Shown here piece by piece: positions 1-13,779 of a stretch of 64,000 nucleotides of DNA. The stretch comes from Eledone cirrhosa (Eukaryota). The position numbers and the translations under genes are program-made. Position 1 is the first letter of the stretch, and every line of letters begins with the position of its first letter. Location: contig OZ024747.1 in NCBI GenBank assembly GCA_964016885.1, positions 45,260,001-45,324,000 of the forward strand, given 5' to 3'. Under the pieces are notes generated by a model. It had not been told where the DNA came from. It saw nothing but the letters and a program-made list of their open reading frames with translations, and searched no databases.

Positions 1-667
1 GACAGCTAACAACTGATGCGGGATATCTATAGATATTGTTAATCCTATTTATATACTGGATAAGACTATGTAGTACTAAAATAAAAGAAGTAGAGGGGGA
101 TAATAAAGAATAAAAAAGAGAGGAAGAAGACCCACATACTCAATCATACACAAGGACTGGAGCCTTTCTAATAACTTTTTAAGCAAGCCAACACACTCAT
201 AGCATTTCCATTAATGATAGGGAAGCTAATGCACTGGATTAACCAAACACCCTCACAGGCATCACCTGATATCTCAATATCCTCTAAAATCTATCATATA
301 TATGAAGTATAACTGACTTGTAAGTGGTTCATTTATGGTAATATAGATCATGTAAAATTTGTAGAAATCTAAAATTTAATTAAGAAATATATTATTTCTT
401 GGACAAAAGGAATTCAACAGTGCTAAATGTCTAGTTAGTCATTAGATATGATGCTTTTTGTGGTTCCTTGCAGAATTCTTAACAATTGTAAGATGTTTCT
501 GCAGTTAAATTTATCTGCACAAAAATTTTAATGGATGTTTTTAACCCTTTCAATATCAAATTCCTTATATGATACTAATCAGTTTATTTTAAAGTGTTTA
601 TCTAAAAACTTCCAATGATGATTTATGCAACAACCTTTTTAAAGTTATGTACCAAAAACAAGATTAA

Positions 668-860
668 TAATTGTTTCTACATTTGGCACAAGGCCAGCAA
701 TTATCCCAGTGCATTACTGATACTTTATTTTATCGACCTCGTAAGGATGAAGGGAAAATTAACCTCGGCGGGATTTGAACTCAGACCACAAAGGGCCGTA
801 ACTCTTTGCTGCAGAGCATGGCGTCAGACCCTCTACTGATACTGCCAATCCACCACGAGA
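668..860 (-). mobile_element. tRNA-derived SINE, family A (Deu/Nin-like core)
   Basis: Minus strand has A-box TGGCAGTATCAG, B-box GAGTTCAAATCC and core ...TTCATCCTTACGAGGTCGATAAAATAAAGTA. About 11 copies in the window. Confidence 0.85.
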
Positions 861-865
861 ATGTT

Positions 866-1085
866 AATAATGATTTCAACTATAGGCACAAGGCCAGCAA
901 TTTTTGATGGAAGGGAAGTCGATTAAATCAGCCCCAGTGCATTACTGGTGCTTTATTTTATCAACCCCGTAAGGAGGAAAAACAAAGCTAACCTCAGCCG
1001 AATTTGAACTCAAAACGAAAAGAGATGTCACTATGCTGAAAAGCATGGTGTGTGATGCTCTACCGACTCTCCCAATCCAACGTTA
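866..1085 (-). mobile_element. SINE family A, diverged longer variant
   Basis: Same core and B-box, with an extra GGAAGGGAAGTCGATTAAATC segment also seen at ~6830. Confidence 0.75.
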
Positions 1086-1435
1086 ATAATAGTACTAATT
1101 CACCCTAAATACTAGATGGTATTTTTCATTATAAATATGGTAATGAAAGAGTTAACAGACAAGCAGTTATGCTGATTTCAATTACTAACACCTTAGATTT
1201 CCAAGACAAGAGAGGTGTGAAGTTCTTCAGTTGTCTTATGTTATTTACAAATAATGTTATTGTTCCACTTTAACAGAAGCTCACACCTACTACTGAAACA
1301 GTTTTAGCATGCTTTTAGATGTAAAAACGACTTCTATGGTACATGTTTTAATGATTGGTATGGTGTTCCTTACAAGTAATGATATCTGCATTGAAATATT
1401 TTGATTTGTTACTTGTAAGATGCTTTTAAATCATC

Positions 1436-1465
<30 letters not shown>

Positions 1466-1466
<1 letters not shown>

Positions 1467-2212
1467 CTATATTATATTTTGAGAATAAACTCTCAGTCGT
1501 TTACAATAATCCAGCTCCAAGAAAAGGGGCATTTCCGAGCAGTTAAATACATTAAAATATATGATAAACACAAAACGTGTTTGCATTGTAACAGACAAAG
1601 TTAGCTATTAATGAAATAAACTAATTAAAGTGAATACAATTTGTCTGTCTAGATATAAGTCAATAAAGACAAGCTTATATTGGCAATGGCCATGGTTCCT
1701 GGTCATATTTAAATTTCAAAATCCAAACCTGCTCCGTAGATGAATTTGAACCTCGAAACCCAAATACGTTTCGCAACGGTGGTACGTGAATTGAAAAATA
1801 AAGAGAATCGAAATGGAATTGAAATAAAAAGTGAAATATCCAAATCTTCTGTGCTTATCAACAGGAACCCAGTAAAATTAGTATATTTCACATCAAAAAT
1901 TTAGCAGGTCTGACTACACGTGTGCAGCCAGGCCAAATTAGCCGTCCCGCATTCCCGGTGCTAGAAATAACAGCCGTTTATGCAGGATTAAAGATCAGCT
2001 CTACAGTTAAGGAGCAATATACTATATTATATTTTGAGAATAAACTCTCAGTCGTTTACAATAATCCAGCGCCAAGAAAAGGGGCATTTCCGAGCAGTTA
2101 AATACATTAAAATAGCCAATATAAGCTTGTCTTTATTGACTTATATCTAGACAGACAAATTGTATTCACTTTAATTAGTTTATTTCATTAATAGCTAACT
2201 TTGTCTGTTACA
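1466..2212. repeat. Composite direct plus inverted repeat (X-Y'-Z-X-Y) after (TA)n
   Basis: 1466-1558 recurs at 2021-2113 with 1 mismatch. ~1586-1684 recurs inverted at ~2115-2212. Confidence 0.85.
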
Positions 2213-2375
2213 ATATTAACACATTGCAGGGTTAAATCCCCAGCTATTGCTGGTACTCATTTTTAGATGAAGTGTCTTTCTCAAGAACACAACTTGCAAC
2301 CCAGCCCAGGAATCAAACCCACAACATTATGATCGTAAGTCCAACACCCTTACCACTAAGCCACCTGCCTCCACG

Positions 2376-2410
<35 letters not shown>

Positions 2411-2462
2411 CTGTATGGAGTTTCTGGCTGAGATAAAAGAATCCTCGATATTGATGTAGAGT

Positions 2463-2675
2463 TTAACCCTTTAGCATTTAAGCCAGCTGTATCTGGCCAG
2501 GAATCTTACACTTTCTGTTCAAACCGGCCCTTAATACTAACATTAATGTATTCTGAAAATAAGTGATATCAAAATCTCATAGATTCGATATTATGTGAGA
2601 TAATTATGTAAAGTAAAGCCTTTACCACAAAAATACAATAGTAAATATAGAGTAATGTAAATGATAAAGGTTTAA
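2463..2675. mobile_element. piggyBac-like MITE
   Basis: TTAA-CCCTTTAGCATT ... AATGATAAAGGT-TTAA. Body is the reverse complement of the copy at 2883-3110. Confidence 0.75.
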
Positions 2676-2882
2676 ATATTCATTTTATTAAGGCTAAATA
2701 GTAAGTCTTGTTACTCTGGAGTGGTTTGTCTGTTTATCAATGAAGGAGCAACTACCTGGCTGGTTTATCTGCTTGTCCCCTTAAAAAGGAATGTCACATT
2801 TTATACTAATACAATCTTGAATACAATACATCTAGAAGATTAAGAGCAGGTGGGTATGGGACGAAAACATTTTGTGTGTCTA

Positions 2883-3110
2883 TTAACCCTTTAGCATTCA
2901 CATCACTCTATATATACTATTGTATTTTCATGGTAAAGGCTTTACCTCACATAATTATCCCACGTAATATCGAATCTATGAGATTTTAATATTATTTATT
3001 TTGAGAACAATACCTTAACATAATATAAGCAGCTGGTTATGGCTGGTTTGAACAGAAAGAGATGGGAGGATTCTGGCCGGATATGGCTGGTTTAAATGCT
3101 AAAGGGTTAA
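2883..3110. mobile_element. piggyBac-like MITE
   Basis: Perfect termini TTAA-CCCTTTAGCATT ... AATGCTAAAGGG-TTAA. Confidence 0.85.
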
Positions 3111-3988
3111 AGCAGTACAGAAGTTGGTGGAACAACAACATAAAAAAAAATGAATTAAAAATACCATTACAGCACCCAGTCCACCCTGTAAGGTGGATAA
3201 CATTAGGAAGGACCTCAATGTGACAGAAAGTCTAATCTATGCAAGCATGGAAAATAGATATTAAATAGCAATGATGATGATTACCAACCATTAAAGGAAT
3301 CTTTACTTTGCCTTAGACTCCTTTACTATTCTTCAAAGGGAAGTATTTATTGAATAGTGTAGTCTGGAATTATAAACTGGAGGACCATCGCTGGAGCACC
3401 TTTGATCATAGGTCTATTTTGTTAACAAAGATTTTGTATTCCAAAAAACAAAACAACCCTAATCTCCTGTCTTTTTAAATGTCGTATTGACAGAAGAGGT
3501 CTTACCCATCTATTTCATTGTACTCCTTCAGAAACATCACTTCAGATTGTAACCAATTCATTCAGACATCATGATAAAAGAAAACACACACATATGTACA
3601 CAAACATGTGTGTGTGTAAGCAGGTAAACATACATAAAAAATACTTTGAGAGATAGTGAGTTGGAATAATAATCTACACTGCTTCATACATAGAAAATTT
3701 GCAATATATATATATACACACATTTCTAGATAGGCTGCAGTGATTTTTTTCTTTCTATGTCCATTTCATATGATAAATATGACAAGGTCTTTTTACCTAG
3801 ACATGACATGTGCTTTAAGAAGATTTAAATGACAGAAATACCTACAGAAAATTACCAAGATTCTGCAGCAGGACAAGATTCAAGAAATTTGGCGATGATA
3901 TGGGATACAAGAATTGTCATAAAGCTATCATTCTGACAAGTTTTAGGAGCTTCTCATCAGATGTTTCCTATGGAATTGTTTCAAAGGC

Positions 3989-4004
3989 ATATATATATAT
4001 ATAT

Positions 4005-4065
<61 letters not shown>

Positions 4066-4088
4066 CATACATATATATATATATATAT

Positions 4089-4170
<82 letters not shown>

Positions 4171-4177
4171 ATGTATG

Positions 4178-4245
<68 letters not shown>

Positions 4246-4248
4246 CAT

Positions 4249-4347
<99 letters not shown>

Positions 4348-4348
4348 C

Positions 4349-4379
<31 letters not shown>

Positions 4380-4393
4380 CATACATATATATA

Positions 4394-4434
<41 letters not shown>

Positions 4435-4490
4435 ACATACATATATATATATATATATATACATACATATATATATATACATATATATAT

Positions 4491-4523
<33 letters not shown>

Positions 4524-4575
4524 CATACATATATATATATATATATATACGTACATATATATATATACATACATA

Positions 4576-4609
<34 letters not shown>

Positions 4610-4738
4610 CATACATACATATATAATTATATATATATATATACATACATATATATATATACATATATATATATATACATATATATATACATATATATAT
4701 ACATATATATATACATATATATACATATATATATATAC

Positions 4739-4788
<50 letters not shown>

Positions 4789-4806
4789 ACATACATATAT
4801 ATATAC

Positions 4807-4857
<51 letters not shown>

Positions 4858-4889
4858 CATACATATATATATATATACATATATATACA

Positions 4890-4923
<34 letters not shown>

Positions 4924-4972
4924 CATATATATATACATATATATATATATATACATATAGATATAGATATAT
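3989..4972. repeat. ~1 kb (TA)n/(TACA) compound microsatellite
   Basis: Direct reading. It accounts for all the YI-repeat ORFs here. Confidence 0.97.
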
Positions 4973-5434
4973 TATTTTTATTTTTCATTTTATTTCTGTT
5001 CTGTTTTGTTTTTTTATAAGGTAACCTATTGAGGAAGGGCGATTAAGTCTGAATTTTTCATCTTTGACAGGACTCAGAAACAAAACATTAAGATTATAAC
5101 ATTATAATAGTTAAGCCTAAAAATACTCTAATAACTTTTGTAACCATAATACACACTACATAGCTAAAGACTTAAGGCTGGGGTATTTATGAATTATATA
5201 TAATAATAAATATAAATCATATTTCCAATATCATATGGCACATTCATGGAAATTCAATTATATATATAATGCTTTACATTCCCTATTACTACTAACATAA
5301 CAAAAATAGTATATAGCCCAAAGATGTCATACATACATGCATATATATGTGTTTGTGTTTATATGTGTGTGTGTATATATGTATGTATATATGTATGTAT
5401 ATGTATGTATGTGTGTCTGTATATCTATATATAT

Positions 5435-5768
5435 TCATTCATTTCATTTTACATCCGCTTTTTCCCTGCTTGCAAGGGTGGGACGGGAACTGATTCTGGA
5501 TTGATTTCTACAGCTGGATGCCCTTCCTAACACCAACCTCATTTACAGTGAGTGCTGGGTGCTTTTTTGCCGTGGCACCTCCACGACCACTTTCGAGTGG
5601 AATGATATGGACCCCAGTCCCTATCATCTCATTTTTACAGATGAGTAAACTGGAGCAATGTGAAATAAAGTGTCTTGTTCAAGGAAACAACACATCACTC
5701 GGTCTGAGAATTGAACTCACAACCTTTCGATTGCAAGGCCAATGCTCTAACCACTAAGCCATGTGCCT
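5435..5768 (-). mobile_element. tRNA-derived SINE, family B (CORE/V-like box plus RTE 3' UTR tail)
   Basis: Minus-strand head AGGCACATGGCTTAGTGGTTAGAGCA...GTGAGTTCAATTC, then GTTGTTTCCTTGAACAAGACACTT, then a tail matching the RTE 3' UTR at 27840-27950. Confidence 0.85.
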
Positions 5769-5769
5769 A

Positions 5770-5990
5770 TATGGCTTAGAAATTAGATGATAGGGACTGG
5801 GTCCATATCATTCCACTGCAAAGTGGTCGTGGAGGTGCCACGGCAAAAAAGCACCCAGCACTCACTGTAAATGAGGTTGGTGTTAGGAAGGGCATCTAGC
5901 TGTAGAAATCAATCCAGAATCAGTTCCCGTCCCACCCTTGCAAGCAGGGAAAAAGCGGACGTAAAATGAAATGAATGAATATATATAGAT
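5770..5990 (+). repeat. Inverted, internally deleted duplicate of the adjacent SINE B
   Basis: Near-perfect reverse complement of ~5420-5635, including flanking bases. Confidence 0.9.
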
Positions 5991-6378
5991 ATACATATAT
6001 ATACATATATATATATATATATTCATATAGGTATAAGAATATCTTTATATGAATCTACATATATATTCATAGAAAGTTGGAAAATCTCAGATGGAGAAAA
6101 TAATTATAAACACAGTTGGTTACTATAAATAATAGCTGAGAAAATTTAGTAAATACCCCTATAGATGGAAAACAGTGACCAGCAGTTGCTAGGAAATATC
6201 AAACTTTGTATATTTCATATACTACCTAAGTTCTCTGACTATTGAGGCTCTGATAATATCTGTCAAAATTAGAAACCTAAATTTGAAGTGTAAAAAACAT
6301 GCGGTGCTTCGAATCTTCTATATTTGTAATTGATGTTTATATATTCATACACACACGTATGTATATATATATATATAT

Positions 6379-6565
6379 AATGAAGGAAAAGTGGTAAGGA
6401 ACCAGGTGGACCATAACGCACCAAAGTACTCAATACTTAGGGTAGTAGAGTGGGTAATAGGAACAAGTAAGACCCCGACGGCTGAGCTCAAGCCGTTTCG
6501 ACGGCTAATTCTGGACTGAATTAGCCGTCGAAACGGCTTGAGCTCAGCCGTCGGGCTTACTTGTT

Positions 6566-6570
<5 letters not shown>
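6379..6570. mobile_element. PLE-end fold-back palindrome centred on hammerhead stem II
   Basis: ...GTTTC-GACGGCTAATTC-tggact-GAATTAGCCGTC-GAAAC-GGCT-tgagctc-AGCC-GTC... with (TA)n on both sides. Same family at 23138-23330. Confidence 0.75.
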
Positions 6571-6628
<58 letters not shown>

Positions 6629-7234
6629 CGGCCTTATTGACAGCAAGATAGGGAGAGCAAAGAAAAGTAAGTCTAACCTCGGTGGGAGTAGGTGAAAAGA
6701 GACAGAGATGAGAGAAAACGGAAGTAGTAAGAGAAAGAGAGTATAAATGAGTTAGAGAGGGGGAAGAGAAAGAATGGGAAAGAGTTAATAATGGTTTCTT
6801 ATATAGGCACAAGGCCAGCAATTTTGGGGGAGGGGGAAGTCGATTAAATCGACCCCAGTGCATTACTGGTACTTTATTTTATCGACCCCTCAGTGGGATT
6901 TGAGCTCATATCATAAAGGACCTTCTATCCACTGATATTGCCAATCCACCACCCTTGGAAACAGTTAATAATAACAAGGGCGATATGGAGACTTGGTGTA
7001 TATATGGATGTATAGGTGTGTTGCTTATATTTTTAATCTGTACTAATAATATATAAATATACATATATATATATATGCATATACATATATAAACATACAT
7101 ACATACACTTATGATTGCGTGTAATTTTTTTTATATTTATAATCACTAAACCCATGCTAGCGTGGAAGATAGACGTTAAACGATGATGATGATGATGATG
7201 ACTATTTATTCTGAAAATAGTCTATCGCCTCTGA

Positions 7235-7430
7235 TAATTATTTCTACTTTTGGCACAAGGCCAGCAATTATCCTAGTGCATTACTGGTACTTTATTTCAA
7301 CGATCCCGTAAGGATGAAAGGCAAAGTTAACTTCGGCGGGATTTGAACTCAGATCATAAAGGGACGTAACTCTTTGCTGCAAAGCATGGCGTCCGACCCT
7401 CTACCGATACTGCCAATCTATCCCCTCTGA
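7235..7430 (-). mobile_element. SINE family A
   Basis: Full length, with TSD CCTCTGATAAT. Confidence 0.9.
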
Positions 7431-7557
7431 TAATATTAGTTTATTGGTAACTAGACCTTCACTTAATCATTGATATATTCATTACCTTATTATTCTTCCA
7501 TAAGTTTTGGATTGTTTTTCTTAATATATTCTATTAATATGAATTTTATAATTTCAA

Positions 7558-7750
7558 ATAATTGTTTCTACTTTAGGCACAAGGCCAGCAATTACCCAGT
7601 GCATTACTGGTACTTTATTTTATCGACCCCGTAAGGATGAAAGGCAAAGTCAACCTCGGCGGGATTTGAACTCAGATCGTAAAGGGACGTAACTATACTG
7701 GAAAGCATGGCGTCCGACCCTCTACCGATACTGCCAATCCACCACCCTTT
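7558..7750 (-). mobile_element. SINE family A
   Basis: Full length, with TSD TTTATAATTTCAAATAAT. Confidence 0.9.
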
Positions 7751-7887
7751 ATAATTTCAAATAATAAGAGTTATTAAACTTATATGCTTTAGTTGTATAC
7801 CTATATCACTAATTGGATGAGTAGTATATATGTAGCAGTATATATTAGTATAATATCTTTACTTACTGCACATTATATTTTCATCAC

Positions 7888-7978
7888 TTTGCCTTTCATC
7901 TTTATGGGGGTCGATAAAATAAAGTACCAGTAATACACTGAATAATTGCTGGCCTTGCGCCAAAAGTAGAAACAATTA
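7888..7978 (+). mobile_element. 5'-truncated SINE family A
   Basis: Core and 3' end only, with TSD ATTATATTTTCATCACT. Confidence 0.85.
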
Positions 7979-8228
7979 TATTTTCATCACTAATAAATTT
8001 TAATTGCGTATTTAGGGTTCCAACAGTATTGCATTTGTTTATATTTTTCGAACCTCTATGATAGATTTATGGACATGTAATGGTAAATATTATTTGTATT
8101 TAATCGATTCCAATGAGATTTGTATAACAAGAATGGAATATTCAATTATTTTAATGAAACGATCACCAATCAATTAAATGGTTTAATTTAAATTCTTATT
8201 AATCGTTATATATATATATATTAATCCT

Positions 8229-8259
<31 letters not shown>

Positions 8260-8488
8260 AACACACAGTCCACGCTGTAATGTGGCCGTGTAGGCAACCC
8301 GGTAAAAACCTCCCAGACCCACACTGTAAATGTGGTTGGTGTTAGGAAGGGCATCCAACTGTAGAAAACCTGCCAGACAGTCCTATGCGAGCAAGACAAT
8401 CACTCTTGTCTCAAGTGGGACTACCCCCGTCCAAACCCATGCAAGCGTGGAACACGGACGTTAAACGTTGATGATGATGATGATGATA
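8260..8488 (+). mobile_element. RTE LINE 3' UTR fragment (subfamily B)
   Basis: Near-identical to the reverse complement of 19565-19795, ending in (GAT)n. Confidence 0.85.
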
Positions 8489-8634
8489 TATAATGATGTG
8501 TGTGTATATATATATATATACATATATATGCACATACATTATATATATAAATATATATATATATACACACACATTATATATATATAAATATATATATATA
8601 TACACATTATATATATATATATATATAACTATTC

Positions 8635-9062
8635 TAGGGTGGGTAAAATTCCCGAGATCAATGGATGCGTTCTCTCCAGCGGTCTCTGTCCCTCATTATC
8701 GCTGCCATGTCCTGCATCTCCAACAGACCAGTGTCTGTCCTTAGGGCATCAACATTCGTTAACTTTGGTCTTCCTCTTCCAGTGTATCCATGTAGGGGCT
8801 CCCACAGGAGCACTGAGTGCAATGTCAACTCTGGATGTCGGTGAGCATGTCCAGCTAACCTCAATCTCTTCTGTGTCACTTTTTAGCTGACTTTTGGGAC
8901 GCTCCCATACAGCTCTGAGTTTTTCATCCTCAGTGTATACTGATTAATGTTCAGAGCCATCCACCATCTGAGTGAGTTTCTTGGTCAGTGTCCAAGTCTC
9001 AGACCCGTACAGCAGCACAGATTCCACTATAGCAATGAAGAGGCGAATTTTCAGGTCTTTAC
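8635..9062 (-). pseudogene. RTE-clade LINE ORF2 C-terminal fragment (a different family)
   Basis: [24 protein letters not shown]...RLRLAGH...GRPK...DRDRWR motifs, frameshifted. Confidence 0.8.
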
Positions 9063-9096
9063 GAAAAAAAAAATATATATAACTATACACACATAT

Positions 9097-9188
<92 letters not shown>

Positions 9189-9269
9189 TACGCATATATA
9201 TATACACACACACACACACGCATATATATATATATATACACACACACGCATATATATATACACACACAC

Positions 9270-9381
<112 letters not shown>

Positions 9382-9425
9382 TATTATATATATATATATA
9401 TACATATAAACATTATATATATATA

Positions 9426-10242
9426 CAGTCGAGTCCGCTTAAGAGTATACCCTCGGGAAGGGAAAATAGTATACTCTTAACCGGACTATACTCTTATCTG
9501 GACTAAGTAAAAATATTCCATAGTATTATTATTTTGAGTCTTTCAATGATTAAAAATCACTTTATTATCGTTTAAAATGCATTTATAAGTAAAAAAAGAT
9601 GAAAGTTACACCAAAAAATTCAACAAGAATTATTGCAGATTATAGATAAATTAAGCAATATTTCAACATATTGGTATGCAATTTTTATTTCCTAAAAATA
9701 GTCCAAAATGCTTTTTTGCACTCGATTGATCGCAATTTTTTTTTCAATCAATTCCTCGATCTCAGACAGTATAATTTTCAAAATTTTCAAACGATTGCAT
9801 CATATAGGACCGTACAGTCTTTTTCCGAGATCTAAAATATTGATAAATGATTAAAGTTATGTTAGGTACCTATGCACATTCATATTATAAATATAGAAAT
9901 AATACATACTAACCTTTGAGTAATGGATATTTTTTGAGTAATGGATAAAGCAGAGCGTTTCAAAGATAGTTTTACGACACAATGAATTATTATTTTTGTA
10001 TTTGCATATATTAAACTTTAAATTGCTTTTCGAATGGTTGTATAAATGACATCATCGCATTAGATTTTGAATTTTTAAAAAATTGTTGTTACATAATAAG
10101 CCCAATTTACTTTACCGTATTCATTATACTCTTATTCGATATACTCTTAAGTGGACCCATGCACTGTACAAAACATAGTACATAAATTTGGGAATTGATT
10201 ATGCTATACTCTTAAGCCGCCTATACTCTTATCCGGACTCAA

Positions 10243-10245
<3 letters not shown>
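9426..10245. mobile_element. Non-autonomous pogo/Tc1-like DNA transposon
   Basis: TA-CAGTCGAGTCCGCTTAAGAGTATA ... TATACTCTTATCCGGACTCAACTG-TA imperfect TIRs, with repeated subterminal TATACTCTTA(A/T) motifs. Confidence 0.8.
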
Positions 10246-10293
<48 letters not shown>

Positions 10294-10675
10294 TATACAC
10301 ACAATATATATATATATGCATACACACATATATATGCATACACACACATATATATATACATACATACATTATATATATATATATGCATACATACACACAT
10401 ATATATATATATACATACACACATTATATATATACATACATACACATATATACATACATAGATACACATATATACATACACACACACATATATATATACA
10501 TCCATACATACATACACACACATATATATATATATATAATACATACACACATATATATACATATATATATACATACATACAGACACAAATACAGTATATA
10601 TATATATATATATATATACATACAGACATATATATATATATATACATATACACATATATATACATACATGCACAC

Positions 10676-11252
10676 ATGGTTCTTTTATGTTCCCTCCTAT
10701 TGTATTGTATTGTAATGTCTACACCATTTTTATTTTATTTATTTATTTATTTCTTCTTGTCTCCCTGCATGCATTTGCATGTCTGTATAATGTTTGGTGT
10801 GTGTATTCACATTTGAGTGTCTGTGTTTTGGTTTTTGTATTCTATCTTTGTTTATTAGTGTGTGTTTATATGTGTTTGTTGTTATTGTACTTGTGTATAT
10901 ATTTATTTATTTATTTATTTATATTTCCCTTATGTCATTATAGTTTGTTTGGGTATGGTTGTTGTTATTCCATTCATTTTTTCTGTTTAACTTTGGTCTT
11001 CTAAGTTCTATTTCACTCGCTCCTCTGATTTGCCTACCTGTTGGGTCATTTCTATGTTTAGATATTATTTTAATTTCTATGTTGTCTATGTTACTGTCAT
11101 GTCTTTGTCTGGCATGTTTGTATAGTACTGAACTGTTTTTTTTGTCCTTTTAATCCCCCCCCCCCCCGGTGTTGGTATATTCTTTCCCTATGCTTCGAGC
11201 TGTCTCACCTATGTATATCATCATGTTTCTGCAAGTACCCTCTGTACATCTT
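10676..11252 (-). pseudogene. PLE fragment (GIY-YIG C-terminus plus 3' UTR), family of 54440-56345
   Basis: Aligns by eye with 54755-55350 ([10 protein letters not shown]...RQIRGASEI). Flanked by microsatellites. Confidence 0.8.
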
Positions 11253-11603
11253 ATATATATATACATATATATATAGTATATATATATACACACATTATAT
11301 ATATAGTATATATATATATACACACATTATATATATAGTATATATATATAAACACATTATATATATAGTATATATATATACACACATTATATATATATAT
11401 ACACATATATATATATATATACACACATTATATATATATATACACATATATATATATACACATATATATATATATATATACACATTATATATATATATAC
11501 ACATATATATATATACACATATATATATATATATATACACACATTATATATATATATACACATATATATATATATATATACACATATATATATATATACA
11601 CAC

Positions 11604-11642
<39 letters not shown>

Positions 11643-11643
11643 C

Positions 11644-11676
<33 letters not shown>

Positions 11677-11681
11677 CACAC

Positions 11682-11713
<32 letters not shown>

Positions 11714-12312
11714 TTATACACACATTATATACATATATACATACATATATGTGGTTGGCATTAGGAAGCACATCCAGCCTTAGAAAATCACCCAGAAACC
11801 CTATATGAGCAAGACATGGTCATCTGACCCAACTTTCTTCTAAATGGGACCTGTCTAAGATGGAAGTTAATTGATGATGATGATATACGCATATCATGAT
11901 CATCCTTTAACATTTATTTTCCACACTAGCATAGGTTAGAGAAGCTGTCCCATTGTGAGACGAGCCAGGTCAGTTGACCATGCTTGCTCATACAGAACTG
12001 ATCTTGGCTTGGTTTCTACTGATGGATGCCCTTCCTAACACCAACTACATTTACAGTATGTACTAGGTACTTTTTATCATGACACATACTCAACCACTTT
12101 ACAGCATGGACTGGGTGCTTTTTGTCATGTCTCCTACATGACCACTTTACAGGGTGGGTTGGGGACTTGGGTGGGGAAGGTGCATGGAGATAGGTGAGGT
12201 AGATCTAGGGACGTTTGTGAGGGGTGGAGTATCATTACATGGGTGGAATGTCAGGATATGGGTATATATATATGTGTGTGCATATGTGTATGCATATATA
12301 TATGTGTGTGTG

Positions 12313-12343
<31 letters not shown>

Positions 12344-13779
12344 ATTCCTTAGAAGGAGGGAGAGACATAGATAGATATTTGTATGTATAATGTCAGTAAA
12401 CACTAAAGCATATATCATATTTTTCTATGGCTTTCCCTATATCTCTGACCTGTACATGTATAAAAAGCAACAAAAATCATTTTTAAATCCCTTCTGAAAA
12501 ACAGTTTACTGCCAATCATATGTAGCAGTGCCAAATTGTCTTAGACAACTAAAATATTGAATTGCTGAGGAATAAATAAATGAACCAAATAAATAAATAA
12601 ATAAAAAGGCTATTCTACCTGAGTTATAAGAAAATCCGCCATCCCATTGGGTTCAATGAATGAACAAGCTGAATTATTCTTCTGTTCTTATGATTAAGAA
12701 ACAATACTTTTTTGATAATATTCTAATCCAAAGACTGCTTTTTAGTTTTTGTTTCCTCATCACAACTGATGAGCAATAGCATTGTTGGTTACACATCTCC
12801 CATGGGCCAGTTACTAGATCACTTCATTTAGGAATGTTTCTGTTAGGAAAGACCAGGAGTCTCTACCTCAATGCACAACAAATATAATGAAATATTTCAT
12901 TTGGAAAAGCATAGCTGTTTTGGATTCCCATTGATGTGTACATCTTTATTTATATTGGTAAAACATACACACATCCATATACATGCTTACATGATGATGA
13001 CTGCAACTCGATTTTGAATAATGCCATCATTAAGCATGAGCATCTTAGACGCGGCATTTTAGTCCTGCTATAGGCTTGCCTATGGCCAGCAACACTATAC
13101 ATCACAAAACATGTCACATATCAAGCGATGTGACACATACATACATATGTATGCACACAATGTAGACAGTGAAACATTTAAATCATCAATGCTTGACCAA
13201 AAATATGATTATGTCACATTTATGTACAATCATAGAGGTCAGTAAGCCTACAGTTTTAAAGAGAACATTTACAGACAAATGCTTCAAAACCTTAAGTTTC
13301 TCTATCCAGAAATTGATAGTTATTAATACACTTGGTTTTGTTAGTAAACACCCCAAAAAACTCTCTTGAAATACTGAGATTTTCTGATAAAGCAACTGGG
13401 CAGCTAAGACACACATTGCAAATACATTCTGTTAGCTAAACAGTCGAATTATGCAAGAATTTTCCTTAAGTGCCGCATGTAATATCATTTTTATTATCCA
13501 AATTTCAATTATAGAGTTTTTTCTTTTAGAAACTAATTTCTTCCTTAGAATAATTCAAATACTTAAAGATGTACATACAGCGACAACAATGGAATACATA
13601 CAACTTAATATTATTTTAAAACTACAGTTTAGAATTAAGTTTTTCAGTTTTTCAGCTGTCCTTGAATTTTAGGGTGACTAGCCACCAAAATGTGTTGTAT
13701 TCCATGTGAGCTTTGGAGTCCATGAGTGTCTCAGAGAACACATAAAATTGCATATGTATACAATAATTGCATTTTTAAT

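Larger units (their letters stand above)
541..1155. mobile_element. Degenerate piggyBac-like MITE with two nested SINEs
   Basis: Starts TTAA-CCCTTT and ends AAAGAG-TTAA (TTAA target, CCC-type terminus). SINE copies lie inside at ~668-860 and ~866-1085. Confidence 0.5.

Noticed and set aside
3900-5024. Long YI/HT/CV-repeat ORFs here and throughout the track
   Set aside because: Stop-free translations of dinucleotide microsatellites in all frames, not genes.
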